A stretch of DNA of 64,000 nucleotides from an uncultured Acidobacteriota bacterium (GTDB lineage Bacteria; Acidobacteriota; Blastocatellia; RBC074), in NCBI GenBank assembly GCA_963743425.1, contig CAVUPU010000004.1:334910-398909 (forward strand), in the 5' to 3' direction. The notes beneath the pieces were generated by a model. That model made no database searches, had not been told where the DNA came from, and saw nothing but the letters and a program-made list of their open reading frames with translations. Shown here piece after piece: positions 51,668 to 61,517 of this stretch; position 1 is the stretch's first letter, and every line of letters begins with the position of its first letter. The position numbers were made by a program, and so were the translations under genes.

Positions 51668-52189
51668 TTATACCGGGCCTCGGCTATTCTTTCTGACCAT
51701 CAGCTTGAAAGTGAACGGATACTGGTTCTTCTCATCCGCCGGCTGATAAGAACTCTCCCGCTCGCTCCACTCCTGCTCGTCAAATTCAGGAAAGAAAGTG
51801 TCCGCCGCGACCTCCGCGTCAACAAACGTCAAATACATTCGATCCGCGATCTCAATTGATTGGGCGTAAATCTCAGCGCCCCCGCAAATGAAGACCTCGC
51901 TCTCGCCTCTTTCACGCGCCAATGTGATCGCATCTTCGACGGAATAGGCGACGTCGCAGCCTTCGGCTTTAAGGTTTCTATTGCGCGTTAAGATGATCAT
52001 TCGCCTGCCGGGCAGCGGCCTGCCGCCAATTTGCATTATGGATTCAAAAGTCTTGCGGCCGACGATGATGTGATGGCCCATCGTCAGGTCGCGGAATCTC
52101 TTCAAATCGGCGGACAATCGCCAGGGGAGTTTGTTGTCGACGCCTATCCCGGCTTTACGGTCCATCGCCGCAATAATCGAAACGATCAC
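51668..52189 (-). CDS. folA: dihydrofolate reductase
   Basis: IVSIIAAMDRKAGIGVDNKLPWRLSADLKRFRDLTMGHHIIVGRKTFESI. Confidence 0.85.
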   Translation of the reverse strand: MIVSIIAAMDRKAGIGVDNKLPWRLSADLKRFRDLTMGHHIIVGRKTFESIMQIGGRPLPGRRMIILTRNRNLKAEGCDVAYSVEDAITLARERGESEVFICGGAEIYAQSIEIADRMYLTFVDAEVAADTFFPEFDEQEWSERESSYQPADEKNQYPFTFKLMVRKNSRGPV

Positions 52190-52205
52190 ACTGACACCTC
52201 CCCTT

Positions 52206-52988
52206 TCAAAGCCGCAGCAGTTGATCCCGCAGGATTCGCCCCTGCAACCGGCTGACGTTGAGCTGCTGGCCGTTGCTCATCGTAACGACGTAAGTCCCGC
52301 CGGGCATTGCGCTGACGCGGCGCATCATTTCGACGTTGGCCAGCGTGCCGCGACCGAGACGGACGAAATTCGCCGGATTGAGGCGGGCCTCCAGATCTTT
52401 GAGGCGATAAGAGATCATGTAGGTTTCGTTCCGCGCCGTCGTCAGATGGAGCAACTCTCCATCGGCGACGATCGAGGCGATCTCCTTGACCGGCAGGATG
52501 ACGATCTCGTCTTGATGGCGCGCCGGGATGCGTTCGAGGAACGGCGGGCGGATGGCCGCCCGGTAATCTTCGGCGGCGGCGGTCAATCGCGCGGCGGCTT
52601 CTTCGCGCAATTCGGCGCGCTCCAGACGCTCCTGCGCGCGATTGATGGTTTCGCGCAGCCGCGAATGTTCGACGGGTTTGAGCAGGTAATCGACCGCGTT
52701 GAGTTCGAACGCCGGCGCCGCATATTCATCGTAAGCCGTAACGAAGGCGATAAGCGGCATGGAGTTCTTTTTGAGCAGTTGCGCCACGCCGAGTCCGTTG
52801 ACTTCGGGCATTTGCAGGTCGAGGAGCGCCAGGTCGGGTTTCGTTCGTTCGATCACCTCAACCGCCTCCGCGCCGTTCTCAGCCTCGCCGACCAGCGTTA
52901 CGTCTTCAAAGCCGCGCAGCATCGCGGCGAGAAACGAGCGCGCGGGGCGTTCATCGTCGGCTATCACAACGCGCAATGATTCGTTCAC
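52206..52988 (-). CDS. LytR/AlgR family response regulator (REC plus LytTR)
   Basis: VVIADDERPAR...DLALLDLQMP (REC domain) and a LytTR C-terminus (EIVILPVKEIASIVADGELLHLTT). Confidence 0.9.
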   Translation of the reverse strand: MNESLRVVIADDERPARSFLAAMLRGFEDVTLVGEAENGAEAVEVIERTKPDLALLDLQMPEVNGLGVAQLLKKNSMPLIAFVTAYDEYAAPAFELNAVDYLLKPVEHSRLRETINRAQERLERAELREEAAARLTAAAEDYRAAIRPPFLERIPARHQDEIVILPVKEIASIVADGELLHLTTARNETYMISYRLKDLEARLNPANFVRLGRGTLANVEMMRRVSAMPGGTYVVTMSNGQQLNVSRLQGRILRDQLLRL

Positions 52989-53018
52989 GATAGTTTCCTC
53001 CTGCGGAAAATCCCAGGT

Positions 53019-55148
53019 TTAGTCCGTCCCACCTGACGCGCCTGCCGTTGCGGGCGCGATGTTTATGGGCAGGCTCAATTCAACCGTCGTGCCCGCTCCG
53101 GGGGCGCTGCGTATGCTGAATAAAGCCTGATCGCCGTAATGAGCTTTGAGGCGGCGTTCGACGTTCGACAGCCCCACGCCGCGAGCGCGGCCATGCGTCA
53201 GCGCCTGCTCGCTCGCTCCAAGCCCCGTGTCGCGCACACTGATCCGCAGCGTGTCGCCGCCCGTCGCCGCCGCCTTGCCGGGCGCGATCCGCGCCGAGAT
53301 CACGACCTCCCCGCCCGTTCGCGACGGCGAGACGCCATGTTTGATCGCGTTCTCGACCAGAGGCTGGATGAGCAACGCGGGGATACGATGGTTTCGCGTC
53401 TCACGCGGAGCGTCAATCGTCACGCGCAACCGGTCTTCAAACCGCGTCCGCTCGATGTCCAGGTAAGATTCGATCAGTTCGATCTCCTCGCCGAGCGTGG
53501 CGAATTCGCCCTCGCTGCGACGGAGCACGCCGCGCAGCAGAGCCGTCAGCCGCATCAACGTCTCGAACGCGCGTTCGGGCGCCGTTTGAATCAAATAGCC
53601 GATGGTCGTCAGAGAATTGAAAAGAAAATGCGGATTCACCTGCGCGCGCAAAGCTCGCAGCTCGGCTTCGGTCGCCAGCTTTGTAGCCTCCTGCTCGCGC
53701 AGGTCGCGCGCGCAGCGTTCGTGGATGACGCGCGCGGCGTCAATGCGCCTCGCCACCATCACCGCCACCGCTTCCAGGAAGGCCACGTCATCCGACATCA
53801 GACGGCGCCCTCCGGCCATCTCGCCGATTGTCAGGCGATATTGCGGCGGTTCGGCCGTCGGCGCGAGGATAGTCGTCGCGCCGGCGGACGGCTCTTTCAA
53901 TCGTCGCGACGCTCTGGATTGATTGGACGGAAGCAGCACTTGCGGGAAGAGCGTCGCTGATGGCGCTTCGTATTCCCTGCCGCCCGGATCATTCGCGGCG
54001 GCCCATGTCACTTCACGCGCCGTCAATGCCTCGGCCAGACGGGCGCAGGTCTCGTCCAGAACCTGCTCAGTAGCTTCGAGCAGGGCGATTCTTTGGGCGA
54101 TCTCCGCTCGCAGCGCTTCGTAATCGGTTCGGCGCAACACTACCACATCGACAAACCAGGTCACTCCGCGCCGGAGCCAGGGATAAGCGAGCGCCGTCAC
54201 GATCCACAACCCCAACAGCACCCCGACCGCGACCGGATGGTCATTGCCCCGGTCGAGCATCGGCGCGGCGACGTTCAGATACAATCCGAACGCCAGCCCC
54301 ACCAGAAGCACGAGCGACAACGCGCGCTTCAGAAAAATGTCGGCCAGCGCGAAGCGGTAATCCTGATAGAGAATCGCCAACGCCAGCGGCAGAGAAGCAT
54401 GATGCCCGGCCAATTCTATCCACCACGGATACTCCCGGCCCTCGTGATGGCTCAGGTGCAACGCCGAGACGGCGAAGACCGCCAACGGCGCAATCCAACC
54501 GGCGCCTCCCCATCCGGGACGCCCGCGCGTCACGGCCAACAACGCGATGATCAGCGCCAGGAAGCCCGCCGTCAGGATGTGCAACGCCCAGTGCGACGGC
54601 GCCGATTGCCGCATGAGAGCCTGATGAAAATGTAAAGCCGACGCGGCGGCGCTGAAACTGTATGCGGCGATCAGCATTCCCATCGCCATTGGACGCCGCC
54701 ACGCATCGCCGGACCGCAGCGCCGAATGCACGACCACCGCCGGCAGGAATCCGAGCGCGGTGAAAGCCGCCGCCCCAAGCAGCGCCGATGAGCGCCATCC
54801 GCCGAAATTGTGTAATCCGAGGTCGAGAAGCGCCCCGAAATTCCAGGCCAACCCCAGCAGCGCAGTGAGCATCGGCAGCCGGTCGGTTTTGTCGGAATCC
54901 GCGCCCAGGGCCGAAGCTGCGCGCGGCCCCTTGAGGAGCATCACCAACAGCATCGTGTAAAGCGACAGCCCGGTGATGTATCCCAGCAGATTGAGCAGAG
55001 CGGCGGCGGCGGACGCAGTCATACTTCCCTCTTCCAACGCAGTTTTACTGAGTACAAGTGAAATTGAAACCTGACCGCAAACAGCGAAGGCGGCAATCAA
55101 TACCAGACGGGCTGTAGTGTACAAGGGCGCCCAGTTGATTTCCACCAA
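53019..55148 (-). CDS. LytS/YehU-type sensor histidine kinase (5TMR-LYT plus His_kinase plus HATPase_c)
   Basis: AQVNPHFLFNSLTTIGYLI and LLIQPLVENAIKHG. The N-terminal region is multi-TM. The start is probably about 55025. Confidence 0.85.
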   Translation of the reverse strand: MVEINWAPLYTTARLVLIAAFAVCGQVSISLVLSKTALEEGSMTASAAAALLNLLGYITGLSLYTMLLVMLLKGPRAASALGADSDKTDRLPMLTALLGLAWNFGALLDLGLHNFGGWRSSALLGAAAFTALGFLPAVVVHSALRSGDAWRRPMAMGMLIAAYSFSAAASALHFHQALMRQSAPSHWALHILTAGFLALIIALLAVTRGRPGWGGAGWIAPLAVFAVSALHLSHHEGREYPWWIELAGHHASLPLALAILYQDYRFALADIFLKRALSLVLLVGLAFGLYLNVAAPMLDRGNDHPVAVGVLLGLWIVTALAYPWLRRGVTWFVDVVVLRRTDYEALRAEIAQRIALLEATEQVLDETCARLAEALTAREVTWAAANDPGGREYEAPSATLFPQVLLPSNQSRASRRLKEPSAGATTILAPTAEPPQYRLTIGEMAGGRRLMSDDVAFLEAVAVMVARRIDAARVIHERCARDLREQEATKLATEAELRALRAQVNPHFLFNSLTTIGYLIQTAPERAFETLMRLTALLRGVLRRSEGEFATLGEEIELIESYLDIERTRFEDRLRVTIDAPRETRNHRIPALLIQPLVENAIKHGVSPSRTGGEVVISARIAPGKAAATGGDTLRISVRDTGLGASEQALTHGRARGVGLSNVERRLKAHYGDQALFSIRSAPGAGTTVELSLPINIAPATAGASGGTD

Positions 55149-55292
55149 CCAGTGTCTAAAACAGGAGAATGAGTCGGACGCCGCTTCCTTGCGTCCTCGA
55201 AGGTTTTTAGCTACGCTGCGACGCCATTCAACACTGCGTATCTGAACCTATTGAAGACGAGCCGGCGGAAAGTTTTTAACCGGCATTCAACT

Positions 55293-55877
55293 ATGCGAAC
55301 ACCTCCGCCAAATGAAATCACCGGACTGTTGGCCGATTGGAGCAATGGCGATCAGGCGGCGCTGGAGCAATTGACGCCACTGGTCTATCAGGAATTGCGA
55401 AAGCTCGCGCACGGCTACTTGAGCAAGGAGCGCCCCGGCCACACGCTGCAACCGACCGCGCTGATTCACGAAGCTTACCTGCGATTGATCGATCAAAACA
55501 TCGCACAGTGGCAAAACCGCGCGCACTTTTACGGCGTGGCGGCGCATTTGATGCGGCAGATCCTGGTCGAGCATGCGCGCAGCCGTCACGCCGGAAAACG
55601 CGGTGGGAATGCGGTCAAGCTTTCGCTGGATGAAGCGCTGGACTATTCGCGGGATCGAGCCGCCGAACTGATCGCGCTCGATGACGCGCTGATGGCGTTG
55701 GCGGCGGTTGACGAACGTAAATGCCGCGTCATCGAGCTGCGACACTTCGGCGGTTTGAGCGTTGAAGAGACGGCGCAAGCGCTCGGCGTTTCAGTTCCGA
55801 CTATTGTTCGCGAGCAACGAATGGCTCGGGCCTGGTTGCGGCGCGAGCTGAGCAGGGAAGCGGAAAGCGAGGAGTGA
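55293..55877 (+). CDS. ECF-type RNA polymerase sigma factor (sigma-70 region 2 plus 4; kinase-associated ECF subgroup)
   Basis: ITGLLADWSNGDQAALEQLTPLVYQELRKLAHGYL, plus a region 4 HTH (LSVEETAQALGVSVPTIVREQRMARAWLR). Confidence 0.85.
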   Translation: MRTPPPNEITGLLADWSNGDQAALEQLTPLVYQELRKLAHGYLSKERPGHTLQPTALIHEAYLRLIDQNIAQWQNRAHFYGVAAHLMRQILVEHARSRHAGKRGGNAVKLSLDEALDYSRDRAAELIALDDALMALAAVDERKCRVIELRHFGGLSVEETAQALGVSVPTIVREQRMARAWLRRELSREAESEE

Positions 55878-55880
55878 AAA

Positions 55881-58727
55881 GTGGATAACGAGCGTTGGCG
55901 CGAAATCGAAGAAGTTTTTCAAAACGTCGCAGAGCGCGATCCGGCTGAGCGCAACGCTTACCTGGCGCAAATCTGCGGCGACGATCGAGAGTTGCGCCGC
56001 GAGGTCGAATCCCTGCTCGCCCACGACGACTTCGATACCTTCATTCATGAGCCGATCAAAGACGCGGCTCGATCTCTGGACGCCGATTCAGACCACGATC
56101 TGATCGGGCAGCGTCTGGGGCCGTATCGCGTGGCGGAGTTGATCGGTCACGGCGGGATGGGCGCGGTATACGCGGCGCTGCGCGACGACGATCAATTCAA
56201 TCAGCGCGTCGCCGTCAAGATCGTCAAGCGCGGAATGGACACCGGCTTCGTGCTCAGCCGATTCCGCCACGAGCGGCAAATTCTAGCCTCGCTCGAACAT
56301 CCCAACATCGCGCGACTGCTCGACGGCGGCTCGACGGAAGGCGGGCGGCCTTACTTCGTGATGGAGTTCATCGAAGGGCTGACGGTCACCGAATATTGCG
56401 CTGCGCATCGACTCTCGATCCCCGACCGCGTAAAGCTCTTCCGTCAGGTTTGCAGCGCTGTGCAGCACGCGCATCAAAAACTGGTCGTGCATCGCGACAT
56501 CAAACCGGGCAACATTCTGGTCAGTCGCGACGGCGCGCCGAAGCTTCTGGATTTCGGCATCGCCAAGCTGCTCGATTCGGCGCAGTCCGCAGCCGATCCC
56601 GCGCGAACCGCGACGATGATGCGGATGATGACGCCCGATTACGCCAGCCCGGAGCAAGTGCGGGGATTGGCGATGACTACGGCGACCGACGTCTATTCGC
56701 TCGGCGCGGCGCTTTACGAACTACTGACCAGGCAGCGCCCGCATCGTTTTCAAAGTTATACGCCGACCGAGATCGAGCGAGTTGTTTGCGAAACCGAAAT
56801 CGAACGGCCAAGCGAAGCCGTTAGCAAGTCAGACGGCTTATCGGCCAAAGCCCGCAAACAGCTATCCGGCGATTTGGACAACATCATCCTGATGGCGATG
56901 CGCAAGGAGCCGGAGCGCCGTTATCAATCGGTCGAGCAGTTCTCTGATGATTTGCTGCGTTATCTGGAAGAGCGCCCCGTCATCGCGCGCGGCGACACCG
57001 CCGGTTATCGCGCGGGCAAATTCATTCGCCGTCATCGCCTCGGCGTCGCGGCGACGGCGCTGGTCATCGCCAGTTTGCTGGGCGGGTTGATCGCCACGAA
57101 CTATCAGGCCCGCCTCGCCGAACGCCGCTTCGCGCAAGTCCGCAAGCTGGCCAACACGTTCCTCTTCGATTTCCACGACGAGATAAAAAATCTTCCCGGC
57201 TCGACCAGCGCGCGCGCGATGGTTGTGCGAACGGCGCTGGATTATCTGGACTCTCTGGCGCTGGAAGCAGAGGGCGATCCGGCGCTGCAATTGGAACTGG
57301 CGCAGGCTTACCTGCGCGTGGGCGACGTGCAAGGCGATCTGCGATCCGCAAACCTGGGGCAAGTCAAAGCTTCGATGGAGAGCTATCTAAAGGGGCTGGC
57401 GCTGGCCGAGAAGCTGGAAGCCGGCGCCCCGGACAACACGGCGCTGTTTGAAACGCTGACCGATCTTCACATCAGTCTGGGCAATCAGCGGTCGTTAAAT
57501 GGCGATGTAGCCGGCGGCATCGCGGAGTTGCGCCAGGGGCTGCGCGCGGCGGAAAAGATCAACGCGCGCAATCCCAACAAGGCGGAACATTTGATGATGC
57601 TGGTCAGAAGCCACGAGGCATTGGGCGACGCCGAACTGCACCGCAGAGATGTGGCTGCCGCGCTTGATAACTATCGCCGGACACTGCAATTTGCCGAAAG
57701 GCGCGCCGCCGAATTCCCCAGCGACCGGTCGCAGCACAGTTTGGCGCTGACGCTGTCGCGCCTGGGTGACGCGCTGGCTGAGCAAGGCGATTTGGCGGCG
57801 ACCATCGAAAGTTATCGCCGCTCGCTGCTGATTCATGAAACGCTCGTCAAAAAACAGCCCGACAATGCAGCCTATCGTCGCGAAATGAAAGTGGCCTACA
57901 ACTGGGCGGGGAATTTTTCGGGCAACCCGCATTTTCTCAACCTCGGCGACAGCGCGGCGGCTTTGCAGTCTTACCGTCAAGGCTTGAATATTTCTGAGGA
58001 ACTGGCGGCGGCAGACCCCAAAAATTCAACGGCGAAATTCGATTTGGGTGTCAGTTACGAAAAGATGGGCGACATCCTTTCCGAGACGGAACCAGCGCAG
58101 GGGGCGGAGTTTTATCGCAGGGCATTGTCGGCCACGGGTGATTTGTTGATCGCCTCCCCGAACCAATACCGTTTCCTGCGTCGTCACACGGTCTTCCTGT
58201 GGAAAAGGGGGGCGGCCTTGCACAAACGGGGTGATCGCAAAGGCGCGCTTCAGGACCTTAACCAGGCGTTGGAAAATCTGCAGGAGTTGACTGCCAAAAA
58301 TCCGTCGAATGCCGAGCTCCAAGGCGATCTGCACGCGACACTCACCGCTTTGGCCGACGCGCTGACCGAGACGGGGGAGCGCGCGAAAGCGTTGGACTAC
58401 GGCAGCCAGTCGCTGGCTCTGGCGGAGAAGATGGTCGCCGCCAATCCGGCGGACCTGTACGCGCAATGGCGGCTGGCCAAGTCTTATTCAGGCTTGGGGC
58501 GCTACCATGAGTCACTGGCGTCCTCGCCGAAATCTCGCCTCGCCGAACGCGTCGCCAATTGGAGACAGGCGCGCGACTGGCGTCAGAAGGCGCTCGGCGT
58601 GTGGGATGAATGGCCCAAACACGCCGTGTCAAACAGCTTCAACCTGACACGCCGCGAACAGGCTGCGCACGCCGTTGCGCAATGCCAGACGATGTTGGAA
58701 AAGTTGAGCGCGGCTCCCCAACGTTGA
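55881..58727 (+). CDS. serine/threonine protein kinase with a TM segment and C-terminal TPR repeats
   Basis: The N-terminus WREIEEVFQNVAERDPAERNAYLAQICGDDRELRREVESLL is the anti-sigma-like start typical of ECF-coupled STKs. HRDIKPGNIL, DFGIAK and APE motifs are present. GTG start 3 nt after the sigma gene stop. Confidence 0.9.
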   Translation: MDNERWREIEEVFQNVAERDPAERNAYLAQICGDDRELRREVESLLAHDDFDTFIHEPIKDAARSLDADSDHDLIGQRLGPYRVAELIGHGGMGAVYAALRDDDQFNQRVAVKIVKRGMDTGFVLSRFRHERQILASLEHPNIARLLDGGSTEGGRPYFVMEFIEGLTVTEYCAAHRLSIPDRVKLFRQVCSAVQHAHQKLVVHRDIKPGNILVSRDGAPKLLDFGIAKLLDSAQSAADPARTATMMRMMTPDYASPEQVRGLAMTTATDVYSLGAALYELLTRQRPHRFQSYTPTEIERVVCETEIERPSEAVSKSDGLSAKARKQLSGDLDNIILMAMRKEPERRYQSVEQFSDDLLRYLEERPVIARGDTAGYRAGKFIRRHRLGVAATALVIASLLGGLIATNYQARLAERRFAQVRKLANTFLFDFHDEIKNLPGSTSARAMVVRTALDYLDSLALEAEGDPALQLELAQAYLRVGDVQGDLRSANLGQVKASMESYLKGLALAEKLEAGAPDNTALFETLTDLHISLGNQRSLNGDVAGGIAELRQGLRAAEKINARNPNKAEHLMMLVRSHEALGDAELHRRDVAAALDNYRRTLQFAERRAAEFPSDRSQHSLALTLSRLGDALAEQGDLAATIESYRRSLLIHETLVKKQPDNAAYRREMKVAYNWAGNFSGNPHFLNLGDSAAALQSYRQGLNISEELAAADPKNSTAKFDLGVSYEKMGDILSETEPAQGAEFYRRALSATGDLLIASPNQYRFLRRHTVFLWKRGAALHKRGDRKGALQDLNQALENLQELTAKNPSNAELQGDLHATLTALADALTETGERAKALDYGSQSLALAEKMVAANPADLYAQWRLAKSYSGLGRYHESLASSPKSRLAERVANWRQARDWRQKALGVWDEWPKHAVSNSFNLTRREQAAHAVAQCQTMLEKLSAAPQR

Positions 58728-58937
58728 GATAGGCGAATTCCCGCCTCACCTCCTCTCAGCCTCTATCACTCCCGATTCTCGAATCCCGAAAAAATTCTTC
58801 CGGCGGTGATCATCGCCGCTTCACTTTTTCGCTTGTGCTTGATGAGCGGCGGTCATCGCCGGCCTGGCAAGCGCAAGGCGCGATGATGATCGCCGGAATC
58901 AATCACCAACAAACAACAGAAGAAGGAGCAATCAACA

Positions 58938-59478
58938 ATGAAGATCAAAAGAATATTGAGAACGCGAGCAGCGCTGAACGCGGCCCTGATCGCATTGGCG
59001 GCGGCGGCGGCCATCTGGGCTGCCTCGCCTGCAAGCCGGGTAGAGGCTTCTCGCGCAACGCATGCCAGCGCGATCAAGGAAGTAGACCCGCGCGCCTTTG
59101 GCATGTTCGGCATTACTCAGGGCCAAACCGCCCGCCTCAACGTGGTCAACCTCGAAACCGGGGATACTACTCCCCTGCATCCGGGTGGAGTTGTCGTTCA
59201 TTGACGGCGACGGTAACACGCTGTTGCAGAGGGTCCACGACGTGGATCGCGGCAAGTCGGCGTTTCTGGACTTGAACGGCGATCAGCTCGTGGGACGGGG
59301 CGGACGTGCACAGATTCGCGCGCTGGCGCAGTTCATCGGCACGCCGGACGTCATCGATGACCCGTTCTTCCGCAATTGCCTGCTGACATTGGAGGTGATT
59401 GACAACGTCACTGGCCGCACCAATTTCATCGTCTCGGACAGCGTGAGGATACAAACGGTCACTCCCGTGGCGAACTGA
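58938..59478 (+). CDS. small secreted hypothetical protein, frame-disrupted (ORFs 58938-59204 and 59098-59478)
   Basis: The signal peptide ORF ends shortly after a C4 tract (59172-59175). The continuation ([43 protein letters not shown]...) is in the -1 frame. Confidence 0.4.
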
Positions 59479-59524
59479 AGACGGCGACTGGAAACTAAAA
59501 ACCGGAATTACACTGGAGGAAAAC

Positions 59525-59755
59525 ATGAGCAATCGCAATTCATTCTCGAAGACGAGCGCACCCGGCGCGAATGGGCTGAAGGTCAAGACCGGCGTCAAGG
59601 CTGGGCTCAACCCTCCGGAGCCTAATCGTCATAGCAATCACAACCAGACGACGGCGCGTGGGTTGAAGGTCAAGAGCGGTGTTAAGGCCGGAGCGTTGAC
59701 TCCCAACCACAATCAGACGTTGGGGCGTGAGCGCCTGGCCCGGCGGAGGAGTTAA
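59525..59755 (+). CDS. small Lys/Asn-rich ORF with an internal imperfect tandem repeat (GLKVK[TS]GVKAG..NHNQT x2)
   Basis: GGAGG RBS 7 nt upstream. About 69-bp units are repeated at nucleotide level. It may not be translated. Confidence 0.3.
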   Translation: MSNRNSFSKTSAPGANGLKVKTGVKAGLNPPEPNRHSNHNQTTARGLKVKSGVKAGALTPNHNQTLGRERLARRRS

Positions 59756-59868
59756 ATCGAACGGCGCCAATCACCGGCGGACGCTTACCGCAAAGAGCGT
59801 CCGCCCATAACAACCAACGACAATCATTGAAGCCGATAACGTCCACAATAACGTCTGAGGAGGACGAA

Positions 59869-60300
59869 ATGACGCACGAACAAATAGCTCTGACGCAATC
59901 TAGCTTCGCCCAGGTCATCCCGATCGCCGACACAGCCGCCGCGTTGTTTTATGGTCGGTTATTCGAACTGGCGCCCGAACTGCGCCCGCTGTTCAAAGGA
60001 GAGTTGCAGGAGCAGGGGCGGAAGTTGATGCGGATGATCGGGCTGGCGGTCAAAGGTCTCGACCGCTGGGAGACGCTTGCGCCTGTGTTGCGGGATTTAG
60101 GCCAGCGCCACGAGCAATACGGCGTGCGGGAGCAGGACTACGACACGGTCGGCGCGGCGCTGCTCTGGACGTTGGAGCAAGGCTTGGGGCCGAGCTTCAC
60201 GCCGGAGGTCAAAGCCGCCTGGGTCGCGGTCTACACCCAGCTCGCCGGCGCCATGCAACGCGCCACGGCGCAGACACAACGACTCGATCACGCGGCCTGA
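59869..60300 (+). CDS. single-domain bacterial globin
   Basis: IALTQSSFAQVIPIADTAAALFYGRLFELAPELRPLFKG...LGQRHEQYGVREQDYDTVGAALLWTLEQ is the globin fold pattern. The proximal His is in the RHEQYGV context. Confidence 0.7.
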   Translation: MTHEQIALTQSSFAQVIPIADTAAALFYGRLFELAPELRPLFKGELQEQGRKLMRMIGLAVKGLDRWETLAPVLRDLGQRHEQYGVREQDYDTVGAALLWTLEQGLGPSFTPEVKAAWVAVYTQLAGAMQRATAQTQRLDHAA

Positions 60301-60415
60301 CGCAGGCGCGGCAGCCGCGATTTCAATCGTCAATCGGCGCCCGGAACCAGAGCGGGCCGGGTCGCGTGATTGGCGCGGACAATTCAACCCATTTCACTTG
60401 AGAAGGAGATTCGCA

Positions 60416-60880
60416 ATGTATCAGTTCAAAAAACACCTATTAGCCGCCTTCGGCTTCACGATCATGGCCTTCGCGCTCGCGCTCAATGCCGGCTCTCCGG
60501 CAACCGGCGCCGCGCAGAATCAATCTCCGGACGGTCAGCTGCAAAGCGCCGCCGCGGAAAAACCCAAAGGCTGTTTCACCTGCGATTTCGGGCTGCCCGG
60601 CGCCCTGCCGCTCGACCAGGTTCCGGCGATCATCGAACGCGACCGCATGTACATGGCCGAACAGCCTGGGATGCGGACCAAACATCTGCCGCTGCGGATT
60701 GATTTCAACACCGGCAACCTGCTCAGCGGCGGGCGTTACCTCTTCGACACCTTCGAAGAGGCGCAAGCTTACAAAGATTGGGTCACGAATGATTTTATTC
60801 TCGACGGCGTCAAATTTCTGGAACGTCCCATCTTCCTTGGCGCCGGAATGCCACGCCTGGCGTGTCGTCGGCGCGCGTGA
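60416..60880 (+). CDS. secreted hypothetical protein
   Basis: Signal peptide MYQFKKHLLAAFGFTIMAFALALNAGSPATGAAQ. No family was recognised. Confidence 0.45.
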   Translation: MYQFKKHLLAAFGFTIMAFALALNAGSPATGAAQNQSPDGQLQSAAAEKPKGCFTCDFGLPGALPLDQVPAIIERDRMYMAEQPGMRTKHLPLRIDFNTGNLLSGGRYLFDTFEEAQAYKDWVTNDFILDGVKFLERPIFLGAGMPRLACRRRA

Positions 60881-60910
60881 TTTCTCACCCGTCAGGACAC
60901 GCAGATCATT

Positions 60911-61429
60911 ATGCGAACCGAGCGTTGGAGCGTGCCCGGCGGCAGTCCGAAAGACGCGCTCAAACTAAAATGGGACGCTGTGCAGGCCGAGGCGGCGCAG
61001 CGTGGGTTGACCAGCGTTTGGCTGACTTACAACGAGCAGGAGCATCTGGCCCAACTCGTCTACTTCGCCAACCGCATCGGCCCGCAAGACCCGAACAACC
61101 CGGACTTCGCCAGCCTGGCGGCGTTGGAAACCGCCACGCCGCTCGGCCACATCTTCGACAGTTACGGTTGGAGCAAGACGTTCGACCGGACGCAATGGGT
61201 GCTGACGATCTGGTTCCCGTTCGTGGCGGGCGATCACGGCGCGCCGTCGCTCTGGCCCCACTCTCCGCCCTTCCCGCAGCCATTCAGCGGCGACGGCGTC
61301 TGCGAAGTCAGTCGCGGCGAGAATCACGCCAACAGCCCGGCCGATTGCGGGACAGCGTGCGGCAACGGCGTCTGCGATCCGGGCGAGAACACTCAGAATT
61401 GCCCCGGCGATTGCCGGCTTCCGCAATAA
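60911..61429 (+). CDS. hypothetical protein with a Cys-rich C-terminal tail (same frame as the preceding ORF, separated by one TGA)
   Basis: C-terminus [42 protein letters not shown]. It has no signal peptide of its own. Confidence 0.35.
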   Translation: MRTERWSVPGGSPKDALKLKWDAVQAEAAQRGLTSVWLTYNEQEHLAQLVYFANRIGPQDPNNPDFASLAALETATPLGHIFDSYGWSKTFDRTQWVLTIWFPFVAGDHGAPSLWPHSPPFPQPFSGDGVCEVSRGENHANSPADCGTACGNGVCDPGENTQNCPGDCRLPQ

Positions 61430-61517
61430 CCCGGAAAAAGAGATCGCCAATCGCGCTCTGATCGAGTCGCCTGCTGGTGAAGCAAGGACTGCGTCGATGG
61501 GCGCAGGCCTCCACCAT

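Noticed and set aside
51668-55148. folA adjacent to the LytS/LytTR two-component system as a possible functional unit
   Set aside because: The genes are co-directional but there is no known functional link. This is ordinary gene juxtaposition.
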